NCBI GenBank assembly: GCA_043826455.1
Contig: JBDRQD010000064.1
Span: forward strand, 1 to 48,154
DNA length: 48,154 nucleotides
Direction: 5' to 3'
From: Candidatus Bathyarchaeota archaeon
GTDB taxonomy: Archaea > Thermoproteota > Bathyarchaeia > TCS64
The notes under the pieces are model-generated. The model was not told the DNA's origin and searched no databases. It was given only the letters and a program-made list of their open reading frames with translations. Both the position numbers and the translations under genes were made by a program. Of this stretch, positions 9,338-19,048 are shown in pieces. Within the stretch, counting starts at the first letter, position 1; each line of letters begins with the position of its first letter.

Positions 9338-10560
9338 CTCACCAGCCTCGCTCCCTTCTTGCACAGGTAGAAGAGGGCCGCCTCAAGGGGCAGCTCCGCC
9401 GTCTCGTCGCTGTAGGGCCCGTACCAAGTCTCGCCTATCCTTATGGGGGGAGCGTTCCTGAACTCCAGCTTCACTGGGGGCCCCTTTAGGACTATGGCGC
9501 TTCTCAGGGGGTCGTAGTCCGGCAGCTCACCGTAGGGGATGGTCTGGACCTGCCACCCGGTTTTCCCGTGGAGGGTGTTTGGCAACCTTATTAGGCGGTG
9601 GATGTCCGTTGTGACCACGGTGTCTATCTCCGATGCCTGGAGCTTCACGGCCTTCTGGAGTATGACCTGTAGGCTCTTTGGGTCGATGAGGGGCGTCAGG
9701 TTGCTGGGGTGCTTGTCCGTGAGGACCTTCAGCAGTCGCCCCCTCTCAGCGACGATGCTCTGGGCGGCCTTCCCGCTCACGATCTCCTTTAGCTCCTTCT
9801 CCGTAGCCTCTGAGATGTAGTCGTAGAGGGCCCGGGATGTTCTGCCCCGCCAGCCGCCCTCAGCCAGGACAGGCTTGGCGCCCCTGTTCCTCTGACTGAA
9901 GCCCTGGTGCTCGACCTCCAGCCCCGTGGCCATTATGTAGTCCACTATCTCGCGGCGGGCGTGCTGCTCCAGGGGCTTGACCGTCTCGCTGTGGACGTGG
10001 ACGTGGAAGCCCCGGTTCCCGCTGAAGTTGGTGGTGAGGTCCTCGGGGTGGGCGCCGAAGTCCTGGATGAGGATGTCTAGGAGCTTCTGGGTCTCGTGCT
10101 TGGCAGCCTGGAGGCACCTTTCGCAGAGCCAGGTCTCGGTCTGGAACTGGGCTTTCCCGCACTCGCAGAGCTCGGGGGGGTGGCCAGTACCCTGCTTGTC
10201 GCAGTTCCTGCAAGCCCACTTGTCGTGCTCCTTCTGGCAGGGGAGGTCGAAGTGGTCTGCGTCCAGGTCGAAGACCAGGTCGGCGCCCCTCCAGCCTTTG
10301 CGGGCCATGTCGGCCGTGGGGTCCTCGTAGTAGCTGCTGCTGTGGTAGCTGTGGGCGGGGGCGTTCTGCCTGAGGTACCGCTGGAGCTCGCCCTCGGTGG
10401 GGAGCCTTATATGCCTGTACATGCCTCTGCCGTGGAACGTGAGGAAGCCGAACTCCCGTCTCTCGATCTCCAGTGGGGCGGGCACCGTTTGGCTGTTCTG
10501 GGCGTACCACCTCTGGAATTGTTCGGCGACGAACTGGGTGCTGCCCCACTCCTCTTCCAT
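9334..10560 (-). CDS. priS: DNA primase small (catalytic) subunit with Cys-rich Zn insertion
   Basis: REFGF, DLVFDLDAD, FSGNRGFH, ID.VVT.D..RLIRLP.TLHGK. Confidence 0.96.
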   Translation of the reverse strand: MEEEWGSTQFVAEQFQRWYAQNSQTVPAPLEIERREFGFLTFHGRGMYRHIRLPTEGELQRYLRQNAPAHSYHSSSYYEDPTADMARKGWRGADLVFDLDADHFDLPCQKEHDKWACRNCDKQGTGHPPELCECGKAQFQTETWLCERCLQAAKHETQKLLDILIQDFGAHPEDLTTNFSGNRGFHVHVHSETVKPLEQHARREIVDYIMATGLEVEHQGFSQRNRGAKPVLAEGGWRGRTSRALYDYISEATEKELKEIVSGKAAQSIVAERGRLLKVLTDKHPSNLTPLIDPKSLQVILQKAVKLQASEIDTVVTTDIHRLIRLPNTLHGKTGWQVQTIPYGELPDYDPLRSAIVLKGPPVKLEFRNAPPIRIGETWYGPYSDETAELPLEAALFYLCKKGARLVR

Positions 10561-10594
10561 GGTTGATAGAAATGTGCCGGGGGTTTAAAACAGG

Positions 10595-10732
10595 TTACTG
10601 TCTGGGGTAGGTACAGTGGATGCATTTCCCGCAGGCCGGCTCGTTGAACCTGACCACGTTGTTGTAGTACCTGCAGTAGTGGAGGCCTACGCCCTTGAGC
10701 TTGAGCTTCCGCTCCTCCGACAGTGCCTGCAT
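10595..10732 (-). CDS. Small Cys-rich protein, 45 aa (MQALSEERKLKLKGVGLHYCRYYNNVVRFNEPACGKCIHCTYPRQ)
   Basis: Not in ORF track; fills the priL-priS gap; strongly GC3-biased codons; C-x13-CxxCxxC. Confidence 0.65.
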   Translation of the reverse strand: MQALSEERKLKLKGVGLHYCRYYNNVVRFNEPACGKCIHCTYPRQ

Positions 10733-10747
10733 GCTGTCCACACTAGA

Positions 10748-11848
10748 CTAGGCGGTGGTATTTGAGGGTTCAGCCTCCTCGGCCTCCTCCTGCCGCCTCT
10801 GGAGCCTCCACACCTTCTTCCGGTAGTAGCTGAGGGGATGGGTCACCGTCTTGCATATCGCATCCTGGTTGCGGCATATGCCGTGGGTCCTCAGCGTGTT
10901 GCACGTGGGCGGAGTGTACTTGGTCCTGGCCCCCTTGAGGCCGGCTATATGCTCTATCTGGTAACGGGTGAGGGCCTCGTCGAAGTCGGTGACGCTGACG
11001 TACAGCTGCACCATGTCGTCTATAGGCATCCCCACGTTCACCAAGAAGCTGGTGAGGCCGAAGCGCTCCATGTGGCTGGCTCTTCTCCCCGACAGGAGGC
11101 CCTCGAGGCAGTACCTCATGCACGGCGGGAAGGCCTCGTTCATCATCTGGTCTGGCAGCCTGCTGCCCCCCAGCTTCGCCGTGTTCTCCTCGAACACCTT
11201 CTTGATCTGGTCCAGTCTGGCCTGGAGGGGCTCAGGGAGCTTGAAGTTGCTGGGGGTGGCCACCCTCTCCCTGATCCAGTTCTCCACCTCCACTTGCAGG
11301 AGCCTGGCGGCCTCCACCCCGGTGAGGCTCACGTTACCGTTCTCCAGCTTCCTGTTCACCAGTTTCCACTTGGGCTCATGGAACCCCATGGAGGCCCTCA
11401 GGTAGTCGGGGTACGCCAGCTTCAGACTATACAGGATGCCGTCGATGCTCTCGGGGTCCCGCCTGATGTCCCAGTGGAACTCGTCCACGGCTATCTGCAT
11501 GATCTTCTCCTCGTACTCTTCCTGGAGGAGTCCGTAGGCGCGGACGGCCTCGGCCAATGCGTACCGCCTGCTGAGGAACTGCTCGCCTATAAGGGTGACG
11601 AACATGGCGGCCACGGGGTAGCTGAGAAGCTCCGTGAGGGGGTCGGCCAGGTTGGCGGACACCTCGCCCTTGACGATGGCCTCTGTCACCCTCTCGGCAG
11701 CCCTGTCCAGCACCTTCCTGTAGTTGGGGTCAGCCAGGTCGTCCAGCTGCAGGTTTAGACCCTCCACTAGCTGGACTCCGTGGCTTAGGAACGGGTACTT
11801 GGCGGCCTCCCTCTCCGAGAGCATCAAGCGTATGGAGGCGCGGCCCAT
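10748..11848 (-). CDS. priL: DNA primase large subunit
   Basis: [38 protein letters not shown]...GIC, HPL.YY; start at 11848 or 11824. Confidence 0.95.
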   Translation of the reverse strand: MGRASIRLMLSEREAAKYPFLSHGVQLVEGLNLQLDDLADPNYRKVLDRAAERVTEAIVKGEVSANLADPLTELLSYPVAAMFVTLIGEQFLSRRYALAEAVRAYGLLQEEYEEKIMQIAVDEFHWDIRRDPESIDGILYSLKLAYPDYLRASMGFHEPKWKLVNRKLENGNVSLTGVEAARLLQVEVENWIRERVATPSNFKLPEPLQARLDQIKKVFEENTAKLGGSRLPDQMMNEAFPPCMRYCLEGLLSGRRASHMERFGLTSFLVNVGMPIDDMVQLYVSVTDFDEALTRYQIEHIAGLKGARTKYTPPTCNTLRTHGICRNQDAICKTVTHPLSYYRKKVWRLQRRQEEAEEAEPSNTTA

Positions 11849-11906
11849 ATTATCGTTTATGCTCGCCCTGAATCGGTTTATATTCGGTGGCGCCCATGGC
11901 TTCAAC

Positions 11907-12071
11907 ATGCCCAAAAAGTATCAGTGCCAAGTCTGCGGCTACATCTACGACCCCGCCGAGGGCGACCCCGACAACGGTTACCCGGCCGGTACGCCCTTCG
12001 AGAAGCTCCCGGAAGGCTGGGAGTGCCCCCTGTGCGGCGCCCCCAAGTCCGAGTTCGAGCCCATAGACTAG
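11907..12071 (+). CDS. Rubredoxin (54 aa)
   Basis: [34 protein letters not shown]. Confidence 0.97.
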   Translation: MPKKYQCQVCGYIYDPAEGDPDNGYPAGTPFEKLPEGWECPLCGAPKSEFEPID

Positions 12072-12727
12072 GGCCTGTACGTGTAGCCGATCCACCAGAA
12101 GCATTCGCCGTGGAACACGTTTTTCTCCGTTACACCCTTGCTGCAGACGCCGAAGGTCTCCACGAGCTCGTCCACTGTGAAGTAGTTCTTGATGATGAGG
12201 TGCTGGCTGCCGTCGTTGAGTGTCCTCAGCTTGTAGGTGTTGGGGTCCCCCGGCTTGGTGATGAGTTTGCCCCCGACGCCCTCTATGTAGGTGTTGTCGG
12301 CTATGAACACCTTGGCGCCGGGCCTCAGGACCCCGTGCATCTGCCCTATCCAGGGGCCGATCTTCTCCCGAGGGACGTGGCTGAGCCAGAAGGAGGCCAG
12401 GGCCCCGGTGAAGGGCTCCGGGAAGTCCAGGCTGTAGGCATCCATCTGCTTGAACTCGGTGGGGCACCCGTAGCTCTTGGACCGGGCGATCTCCAGGACC
12501 GTGTCGTTGACGTCTATGCCTGTGATGCTCTCGGCCACCTGGCTGACGCGCTCGGTCCAGTACCCTGTTCCGCAGCCGATGTCAAGGACCCTGCGGCCTT
12601 GTAGGGCTTTCTTAATCTCCTCCCCCATCCTGTCCTGCTCTTCCTGGCGGTGGGGGTCCCTCCACTCGTAGATCTGCTCGTACTCCTTAGCCCGGTCCCT
12701 GTAGTACTTGACCATGTCCGCGGACAT
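12068..12727 (-). CDS. Class I SAM-dependent methyltransferase
   Basis: [26 protein letters not shown]. Confidence 0.9.
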   Translation of the reverse strand: MSADMVKYYRDRAKEYEQIYEWRDPHRQEEQDRMGEEIKKALQGRRVLDIGCGTGYWTERVSQVAESITGIDVNDTVLEIARSKSYGCPTEFKQMDAYSLDFPEPFTGALASFWLSHVPREKIGPWIGQMHGVLRPGAKVFIADNTYIEGVGGKLITKPGDPNTYKLRTLNDGSQHLIIKNYFTVDELVETFGVCSKGVTEKNVFHGECFWWIGYTYRP

Positions 12728-12821
12728 GGGTACTACTCTGGCTGAGCCTGTTTTATAACGGTTAAGGCGTCTGTACCGTCTCAAGGATCAAGATGTGACA
12801 CGTGTTAGGGGCTGGTTGAGA

Positions 12822-13175
12822 TTAGTAGACGTGGGGGATGAGCCTATGCCGGACCCGCTCCATGTATTCCCTGTACTTCTGCTTGTACTTCTGCAGGAGT
12901 GCCTCCTCCTCCTTTGGTACGAACACAACTATGACAGCCATGGTGATGACAACAAGGAGCCTGGTCTCATAGACAGGTACGGCAAGCGCCAGTCCGAAAG
13001 CCAGCAGCGTGAACCCTGTGTATAGGGGGTGCCTCACGTAAGCGTAGGGGCCCTCCGTCAGCAGCTTGCCCCTGAAGTTCCTGTTCCAGTAGAAGTACCA
13101 GTAGAGGCATATGGCTGCCCCCGCCAGGGCCATCGCGGCGCCTACGCCTACTAGGATGAGGTCTAATGGGGCCAA
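12822..13175 (-). CDS. Isoprenylcysteine carboxylmethyltransferase/PEMT-family membrane protein
   Basis: L.T.GPYAYVRHPLY, EE..L...Y...Y..Y...V..RLIP. Confidence 0.88.
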   Translation of the reverse strand: MAPLDLILVGVGAAMALAGAAICLYWYFYWNRNFRGKLLTEGPYAYVRHPLYTGFTLLAFGLALAVPVYETRLLVVITMAVIVVFVPKEEEALLQKYKQKYREYMERVRHRLIPHVY

Positions 13176-13176
13176 G

Positions 13177-14283
13177 TTACTTCACCGGGTACGTAACCAG
13201 TTCTCGGGGGAACCCTGTGAGGCATCTGCCGCCCTGGGGGGTGCACACTACTGTGTCCTCCACTCTGACTCCTATCTCGCCGACTATGTATATCCCGGGC
13301 TCGTCGCTAAACACCATCCCGGGCTCCAGGGGCAGCATGTTGTTTCTCACCATGTAGGGGTGCTCGTGGATCTCCAGCCCCACGCCGTGGCCCAGCCTGT
13401 GGATGAAGCAGGGGCCGTACCCAGCGTCCTCGATGACTTTCCGCGCGGCCACATCCACGGACTCACAGGTGGCCCCAGGCTTTACAGCCTTGAACGCGGC
13501 ACGGTTAGCCTCCAAGACCACACCGTAGATCCCTCTCTGGCGCTCGGACGGCTCGCCGTACATGACGGTTCTCGTGAGGTCGCTCCAGTACCCTTTAACG
13601 GTGCACCCCATGTCCACTAGTACGAACTCCCCGGGCCTCAGCTTCCTGTCCGATGCTCCGCCGTGGGGGAGGGCTGCCTTCTCCCCGAAGAGGACTCCTG
13701 CGAAGGCTCGCTCGGCCCCCCGGTCCTGCATACCCGAGACCATGAGCTTCTGCAGCTCGGCCTCGGTCATGCCCGTGTGGAGGCGGCTGAAGGCGTCATG
13801 CATGGCTTCGTCTGTGATCCTGCAGGCTTCCTCTATGTGGGCTAATTCCTCGCCTGTCTTGACCATTCTGACATAGCCCAGTTTATCGCCCACGTCCACG
13901 AAGGAGGTCTTGGGCAGCATCCTCCTCAGCCTATTGACCCAGCCCCAGGGCGCCTCCTCGGGTATCCCCAGGGTCGCTGAGCCCAAGCCACTCTTTTTGA
14001 GTGTACTGGCCAGAAGCTCTACGGGGTCCTCGTGCTCCAGCCAGACCTCCCTCTTAGTGAACCAGGGGCTGAGGCCCCTCAGCTCTCCCTCCAGCTCGTT
14101 GACGACGAAGTAGGGCTCACCACGAACCGGGATGACGGCGGCGGCCAACCGCTCACTGAGGCCGATGCTGAACCCGGTGTAGTATCCGATGTTGACCCCC
14201 GGGAAGAGGATTAGCGCGTCCACGCCGTCCCGCTCCAGGAGCCCAAGGACCTGCTGCGCCCTCGTCTTCGAGAAACTGCTCAT
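13177..14283 (-). CDS. pepQ: Xaa-Pro dipeptidase (M24B)
   Basis: AALPHG, VLVD.G, Y.SD.TRT, HRLGHGVGLEIHE.P, EPGIY, GVRVED. Confidence 0.93.
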   Translation of the reverse strand: MSSFSKTRAQQVLGLLERDGVDALILFPGVNIGYYTGFSIGLSERLAAAVIPVRGEPYFVVNELEGELRGLSPWFTKREVWLEHEDPVELLASTLKKSGLGSATLGIPEEAPWGWVNRLRRMLPKTSFVDVGDKLGYVRMVKTGEELAHIEEACRITDEAMHDAFSRLHTGMTEAELQKLMVSGMQDRGAERAFAGVLFGEKAALPHGGASDRKLRPGEFVLVDMGCTVKGYWSDLTRTVMYGEPSERQRGIYGVVLEANRAAFKAVKPGATCESVDVAARKVIEDAGYGPCFIHRLGHGVGLEIHEHPYMVRNNMLPLEPGMVFSDEPGIYIVGEIGVRVEDTVVCTPQGGRCLTGFPRELVTYPVK

Positions 14284-14346
14284 GGGTGGAATATTGAGTG
14301 TGAAGCCCTATAAGGTGTTTTAAACTAAAAAAGGAGGGTGCCGTGC

Positions 14347-14622
14347 CTAAAGGGAGGCTAGGAACTCCTTCATCGTCTCGTTGATGTTGACGCCGTCGAG
14401 GGTCACGATGGCCTTGGTCTGTCCCATGGAGGTCCACTGGGTGGTCTCGTACTCAACCTTCTTGTTGAGGACTAGCTCGCTCAACTTGTCCTTGGCCTTC
14501 TTGCCCTCAGGCGTGTTCTTGTCGGGGGCCTCAACGCCGTCCAGGACGATGATGGCGTCAGTCCTGAGGCGGAAGCTCTTGCCGTCCATGATCTCCACGG
14601 GGGTGGCTTTCTTCATTGACAT
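14347..14622 (-). CDS. Thermonuclease (SNase)-fold protein with degenerate active site
   Basis: V...DGKSF, I.L.GVEAPD, G..AK..L..LVL.K.V, NINE.M pattern of SNase; catalytic D/R/E positions substituted. Confidence 0.7.
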   Translation of the reverse strand: MSMKKATPVEIMDGKSFRLRTDAIIVLDGVEAPDKNTPEGKKAKDKLSELVLNKKVEYETTQWTSMGQTKAIVTLDGVNINETMKEFLASL

Positions 14623-15071
14623 GTTCGTCTCCGATTCGCAGATTTTAACACTTTTAAATGTTTCCTAGGCGAAGCTGCTACTGTATATATCGTTTACTGT
14701 GCAGAGGCGGCTCCTTGCGGGGCGTCCGCCTCCACGTCGTCTGCAGCAGGTCATCCCATGGTTGAAACCTGAATCATTAAATGGAATCCACGTCTAAACA
14801 TGTAAGAAACGACGACAAAAGGTGCGTCTATGTTTTTCCCGTTTTTCCAATCAGATAATTACTAAAATTAAATGGATCATTAAACATTTCCAACACACCC
14901 CACTAAACGGTGATAACACGAGAAAAAAATTCACGCGAAAGGTACACAACCACAGTACCAGAAAAAGCCTCCAATAAAACTTCACAACTCAGCCCACCAG
15001 TGGACGAAAGAACCACGTTTTTTCGGATGGTTTCATAATAAGTGAATTATATCATAGACAGGATAGGATGA

Positions 15072-15986
15072 TTGATGGGCAGCCGGAGAGCAGGCTACAA
15101 GGAGATCGTGGAGGCGTCCCTGGAGATATTCCAGCAGTACGACACCGCGATCACCCTCAGGCAGCTATACTACCGGCTGGTGAGCAGGCTCCTCATCCCC
15201 AACACGGTGAACAGCTACAAGAGGCTCAGCCGCATCATGGTGAAGGCCAGGGAGGACGGGGACGTGCCCGTCAACTGCATAGAGGACAGGAGCAGAAGGG
15301 TTCTAGGCCGGGGTGATGTGGGCTACGGCTCAGCCGAGGAGTACCTGAAGACGAGGCTGGAGACCCTCCATGACAGCTGGAAGGGGTTCAGCCTGCCCAT
15401 GTGGGACGACCAACACAAGAACGTGCTCATCAGCCTGGAGAAGGACGCCCTCAGCAGGCTGGTGAGCCGAATAGCCAACAAGTACAGCGTCCGCACCTTC
15501 CCCACCCGCGGCTACCCCAGCTTCAGCTACGTCCAGGACATGTCCAGGTACATCATGACCAGGCTGGGCGGCAAGCAGACGGTCATCCTCTACTTCGGCG
15601 ACTTCGACCCCAGCGGCGTGGACATCGAGAGAGACCTCACCGACAGGCTGCAGAAGTACGGCACCAGGGACTTCGAGGTCCACAGGGTGGCACTGACCTT
15701 TGACCAGATAAAGCGCTACGACCTGCCCCCCATGCCCGTGAAGAGAAGCGACGCCAGGGCCGACGGGTTCCTGGCCGAGCACGGCGACAGAGCCGTGGAG
15801 CTGGACGCCCTGGACCCCAACCTCTTCCAGAGGACCGTGGAGGAGGCCATCAGGCACCAGATAGACGCCCGCAGGTGGAATGCCAAGGTAAGGAAGATCG
15901 ACGAGCTGCGGGACTGGATAAAGCTGAAGCTGGAGGACATCGAGAGGGTCATAGACAGCGAGGTGGAGTCAGCCCAGGACCCCTAG
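15072..15986 (+). CDS. Stand-alone Topo VI-A/Spo11-like (Mini-A-like) winged-helix plus Toprim protein
   Basis: TLRQLYY (catalytic-Tyr helix), EKDAL, RGYPS, YFGDFDPSG (Toprim DxD), ELDAL. Confidence 0.8.
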   Translation: MMGSRRAGYKEIVEASLEIFQQYDTAITLRQLYYRLVSRLLIPNTVNSYKRLSRIMVKAREDGDVPVNCIEDRSRRVLGRGDVGYGSAEEYLKTRLETLHDSWKGFSLPMWDDQHKNVLISLEKDALSRLVSRIANKYSVRTFPTRGYPSFSYVQDMSRYIMTRLGGKQTVILYFGDFDPSGVDIERDLTDRLQKYGTRDFEVHRVALTFDQIKRYDLPPMPVKRSDARADGFLAEHGDRAVELDALDPNLFQRTVEEAIRHQIDARRWNAKVRKIDELRDWIKLKLEDIERVIDSEVESAQDP

Positions 15987-16850
15987 CTCGGTGAGACGCT
16001 TCCTTAACGCCTCCCTCTCCTCAGGCCTCATGCCCCTCAGAGGAGGCCTCGGCACCCCCGCGTCCACGCCTCGGAGCCGTAGCGCCTCGTAGTGAGGAGC
16101 AATCGGAGGCTTCTGGAGGGCCACCCTCAGGACATTGATGTTGAACTGCATCCTGCGGGCCTCCTTGTGGCGCCTCTCGACTATCGCCTTCCAGAACCTG
16201 GCGTACACGTCCGGGAAGGCGTTGGCGTACCCGGTTATGCAGCCCTTACACCCCATGACGGCAGCCGGGTAGATGTAGCTGTCCGTGCCGCAGATGACCG
16301 TGAAGTCCTCGGGGAGCACCCTGAGGTACTCCAGCAGGTTGATGAAGTCTCGGCTGCTGTCCTTGACGCCCACGATGTTGGGCACCTCGGCCAGCTTCAG
16401 CATCATCTCTGGGGTGACGGCGTTCACTGCACTTTTCGGAATGTTGTAGACGTACGTCGGCAGCTGAGCGGCCCCGGCTATGGCCTTATAATGGCTTATG
16501 ATGCTCTCAGCGTCCGGCGACAGGAAGTAGGGCGGCACCGCGCCCACGGCGTCCACCTCAGTCCTGAAAGCCGCCTCGGCCAGCATGACGGACTCCTCGG
16601 TGGAGGCGGCGCCCACGTGGGCCAGCAGCCTCACCCGTCCACCCGCGTAGTCCGCGGCCTCCCTGAAAACCAGCTCCCTCTGATCCGGCCTCATGATGAC
16701 TCCGGAGCCTGCCGTCCCGCAGAGGAACAGTCCGTCCACGCCCCCCTTCACCTGGAAGTCTATGAGCCTCCTGAGGGCCGCCAAGTCAACCTCGCCCTCC
16801 TTGTTGAAGGGGGTCACCATGGCAGTTATGACGCCTGAAAGCCCGCTCAA
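15969..16850 (-). CDS. Dihydrodipicolinate synthase family aldolase (possibly KD(P)G aldolase)
   Basis: AMVTPF, GTAG, YNIP, GVKDSS (Schiff-base Lys). Confidence 0.9.
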   Translation of the reverse strand: MSGLSGVITAMVTPFNKEGEVDLAALRRLIDFQVKGGVDGLFLCGTAGSGVIMRPDQRELVFREAADYAGGRVRLLAHVGAASTEESVMLAEAAFRTEVDAVGAVPPYFLSPDAESIISHYKAIAGAAQLPTYVYNIPKSAVNAVTPEMMLKLAEVPNIVGVKDSSRDFINLLEYLRVLPEDFTVICGTDSYIYPAAVMGCKGCITGYANAFPDVYARFWKAIVERRHKEARRMQFNINVLRVALQKPPIAPHYEALRLRGVDAGVPRPPLRGMRPEEREALRKRLTELGVLG

Positions 16851-16946
16851 ACCTGATCACAGATTGAATGGATGCGTGGGTTTATGGGGTTTTTCCCTGC
16901 GACCAAGGTTTTATCACGTTGACGAGTCATAGGACATGAGGTCAAC

Positions 16947-17891
16947 TTGAAGCCAGACGTAGTGAGTCTCGGAGAGCCCATGGTGGAGCTCTGCGCCACC
17001 GACGTGGGGCGGCTGGGCCGGGTGGAGCTCTTCAAGAGGGGCTGGGGCGGTGACACCAGCAACTTCGCTGTGGCAGCGGCCCGCACAGGCTCAAAGGTGG
17101 GCCATGTCTGTAGGCTGGGGGATGACGAGTTCGGCCGAAGCTTCATGGAGTTGTGGGGCCGGGAGGGGGTGGACGCCAGCCGCGTCGTGGTTGAGCTGGG
17201 GGCCTGGACGGCCATATACATCATAAGCCTCGTAGGGGGCGGAGGCCACGACTTCACCTACTACCGGGCGGGCTCGGCGGCTAGCAGGTACAGCGTAGGG
17301 GACCTGGACCCGGAGTACGTTGCCTCAGCCAAGGTGTTTCACACCAGCGGCATCACATTGGCCGTGAGCCAGAGCCTAAGAGAGGCTGCCCTCCAGGCCA
17401 TGGACCTGTGCAAGGAGGCTGGGGGCAAAGTGACCTTCGACGTGAACATGAGGGCCAAGCTGTGGCCCATCCACACGGCCAAGGCCGCCCTGAACCACGC
17501 TTTCCGCAGGGCAGACACCGTGTTCGCAAGCATGGAGGATGTGAGCATCCTATACGGTGCCAGCGACCCTGTTAAGGCCGCCGAACACATAAGAGGGCTG
17601 GGACCGGAGACCGTGGTCATCAAGCTGGGTAGCAGAGGCTGCCACGTCAACTTAGAGGATGATACCTTCACCTGCCCCGGCTACAAGGTGAAGCCCGTGG
17701 ACACCACGGGGGCCGGTGACGCCTTCGACGGCGCCTGGGTCACGGCAACCCTCGACGGCAGGAGCCTCCGCGAGACGGCCAGGTTCGCCAACGCCGTGGG
17801 CGCCATCACAGCCACGGGGCTCGGAGCAGTGGCCCCCATACCCAAGCGGGACCAAGCAGTGAAGCTGATGGAGGAACAAGGAGATGGTTGA
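16947..17891 (+). CDS. PfkB family sugar kinase (2-keto-3-deoxygluconate kinase-like)
   Basis: GGDTSNFA, TSGITLA, FDVN.R..LW, VDTTGAGDAF. Confidence 0.9.
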   Translation: MKPDVVSLGEPMVELCATDVGRLGRVELFKRGWGGDTSNFAVAAARTGSKVGHVCRLGDDEFGRSFMELWGREGVDASRVVVELGAWTAIYIISLVGGGGHDFTYYRAGSAASRYSVGDLDPEYVASAKVFHTSGITLAVSQSLREAALQAMDLCKEAGGKVTFDVNMRAKLWPIHTAKAALNHAFRRADTVFASMEDVSILYGASDPVKAAEHIRGLGPETVVIKLGSRGCHVNLEDDTFTCPGYKVKPVDTTGAGDAFDGAWVTATLDGRSLRETARFANAVGAITATGLGAVAPIPKRDQAVKLMEEQGDG

Positions 17892-18345
17892 GGAAAAGGT
17901 GCTTAAGGGCAGGATAGCCCGGATAATAGCCGCCACCAGGTTCCCCTTCGTTGACCAGGAGGACTGGGACGAGAGCAGGAGGACCCTGGTGAACGACTAC
18001 AAGACCAGGCACTGGGCCTTCGACACGTCGGAGGGGGAGCTGTACCCCAGCATAGTTGTATTCAATGGGGACGGCTCCGTCAGGGAGTGCGGCGAGGTGG
18101 AGATGAGGGCCATATTCAACAGGCGGACCATGGAGAAGTGGCGCACCATGTCCAGGCTCACCGGCATGGGGGAGAAGTACAAGAAGTTTTTCCTCTACGT
18201 GCCGGAGGGCTCGGAGGATGAGGCTGAGAGGCTGCTGGAGGAGAACCGGATAGAGTACGCGGGGCTGCGCACCTGGGCCATCAAGGGCGGCAACCTGGTC
18301 CTGAGGCCTGTCAAGACCCCCGACATGGCGCAGGACCACCGCTGA
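17884..18345 (+). CDS. Hypothetical protein, possible degenerate restriction-endonuclease-like fold
   Basis: Overlaps kinase stop; YPSIVV...GEVE...KW...FFLYVP pattern. Confidence 0.6.
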   Translation: MVEEKVLKGRIARIIAATRFPFVDQEDWDESRRTLVNDYKTRHWAFDTSEGELYPSIVVFNGDGSVRECGEVEMRAIFNRRTMEKWRTMSRLTGMGEKYKKFFLYVPEGSEDEAERLLEENRIEYAGLRTWAIKGGNLVLRPVKTPDMAQDHR

Positions 18346-18439
18346 GCTTTTGTTTCTACTGGTTACACACATCCCCTTATCTCAGTGGAAGCCGGGACTA
18401 TTTTCGCTGAACGGGGGGCCACAGTTGGCTGGTACACGG

Positions 18440-19048
18440 ATGTTTAGACGCAGGAGGGGACTCACTGGCCTGGAGGTAGCCATAATGCTGGTGGCCTTCA
18501 TAGTCACAGCCTCAGCCTTCTCCTTCATGATCCTGAACATGGGGTACATCACATCCCAGAAGGCCGAGTCCGTCATATCCGCAGGCATGAGCGAGGCCAG
18601 CTCGGCCCTCTACATGGACAGCGACCTCATAGGCACCTTCGCCAACAACACGGGCGCCCAGAGTGACATCTGCCTCACCAAGGCCGTGTTCTACGTGCGG
18701 CTGGGGGACGGCGACGCGTCCATAGACATGAGCGACAGCAGGCTGGTGATCACCTACTCCAACGAGAGGTGCCACACATCCGTCTACGACAGCAACGGCA
18801 CCATAGCCACGGTGAAGGGCGTCACCGGCAACAGGGACAAGGTCCTGGAGGCCGGCGAACGCTTCAAGATAATCATCAACTTCACCGAGATAGACAAAGC
18901 CGTAGTGGACCCGGCCCAAGTCAGCAAGCCCAATGTCTACGCCCACCCCTACGAGAGGATACGCATAGAGGTGAGGCCGGCCAAGGGAAGCGTCCTCAGC
19001 ATAGACAGGACCCTTCCCCAGGTTGCAAGCACTGTCCAGGCCTTCTAA
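18440..19048 (+). CDS. Archaellin (ArlB/FlaB-like) with class III signal peptide
   Basis: RRG/LTGLEVAIMLVAFIVTASAFSF..LNMG...SQKA..V...G; D.VLE.GE; EVRP..G..L.I.RTLP. Confidence 0.88.
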   Translation: MFRRRRGLTGLEVAIMLVAFIVTASAFSFMILNMGYITSQKAESVISAGMSEASSALYMDSDLIGTFANNTGAQSDICLTKAVFYVRLGDGDASIDMSDSRLVITYSNERCHTSVYDSNGTIATVKGVTGNRDKVLEAGERFKIIINFTEIDKAVVDPAQVSKPNVYAHPYERIRIEVRPAKGSVLSIDRTLPQVASTVQAF

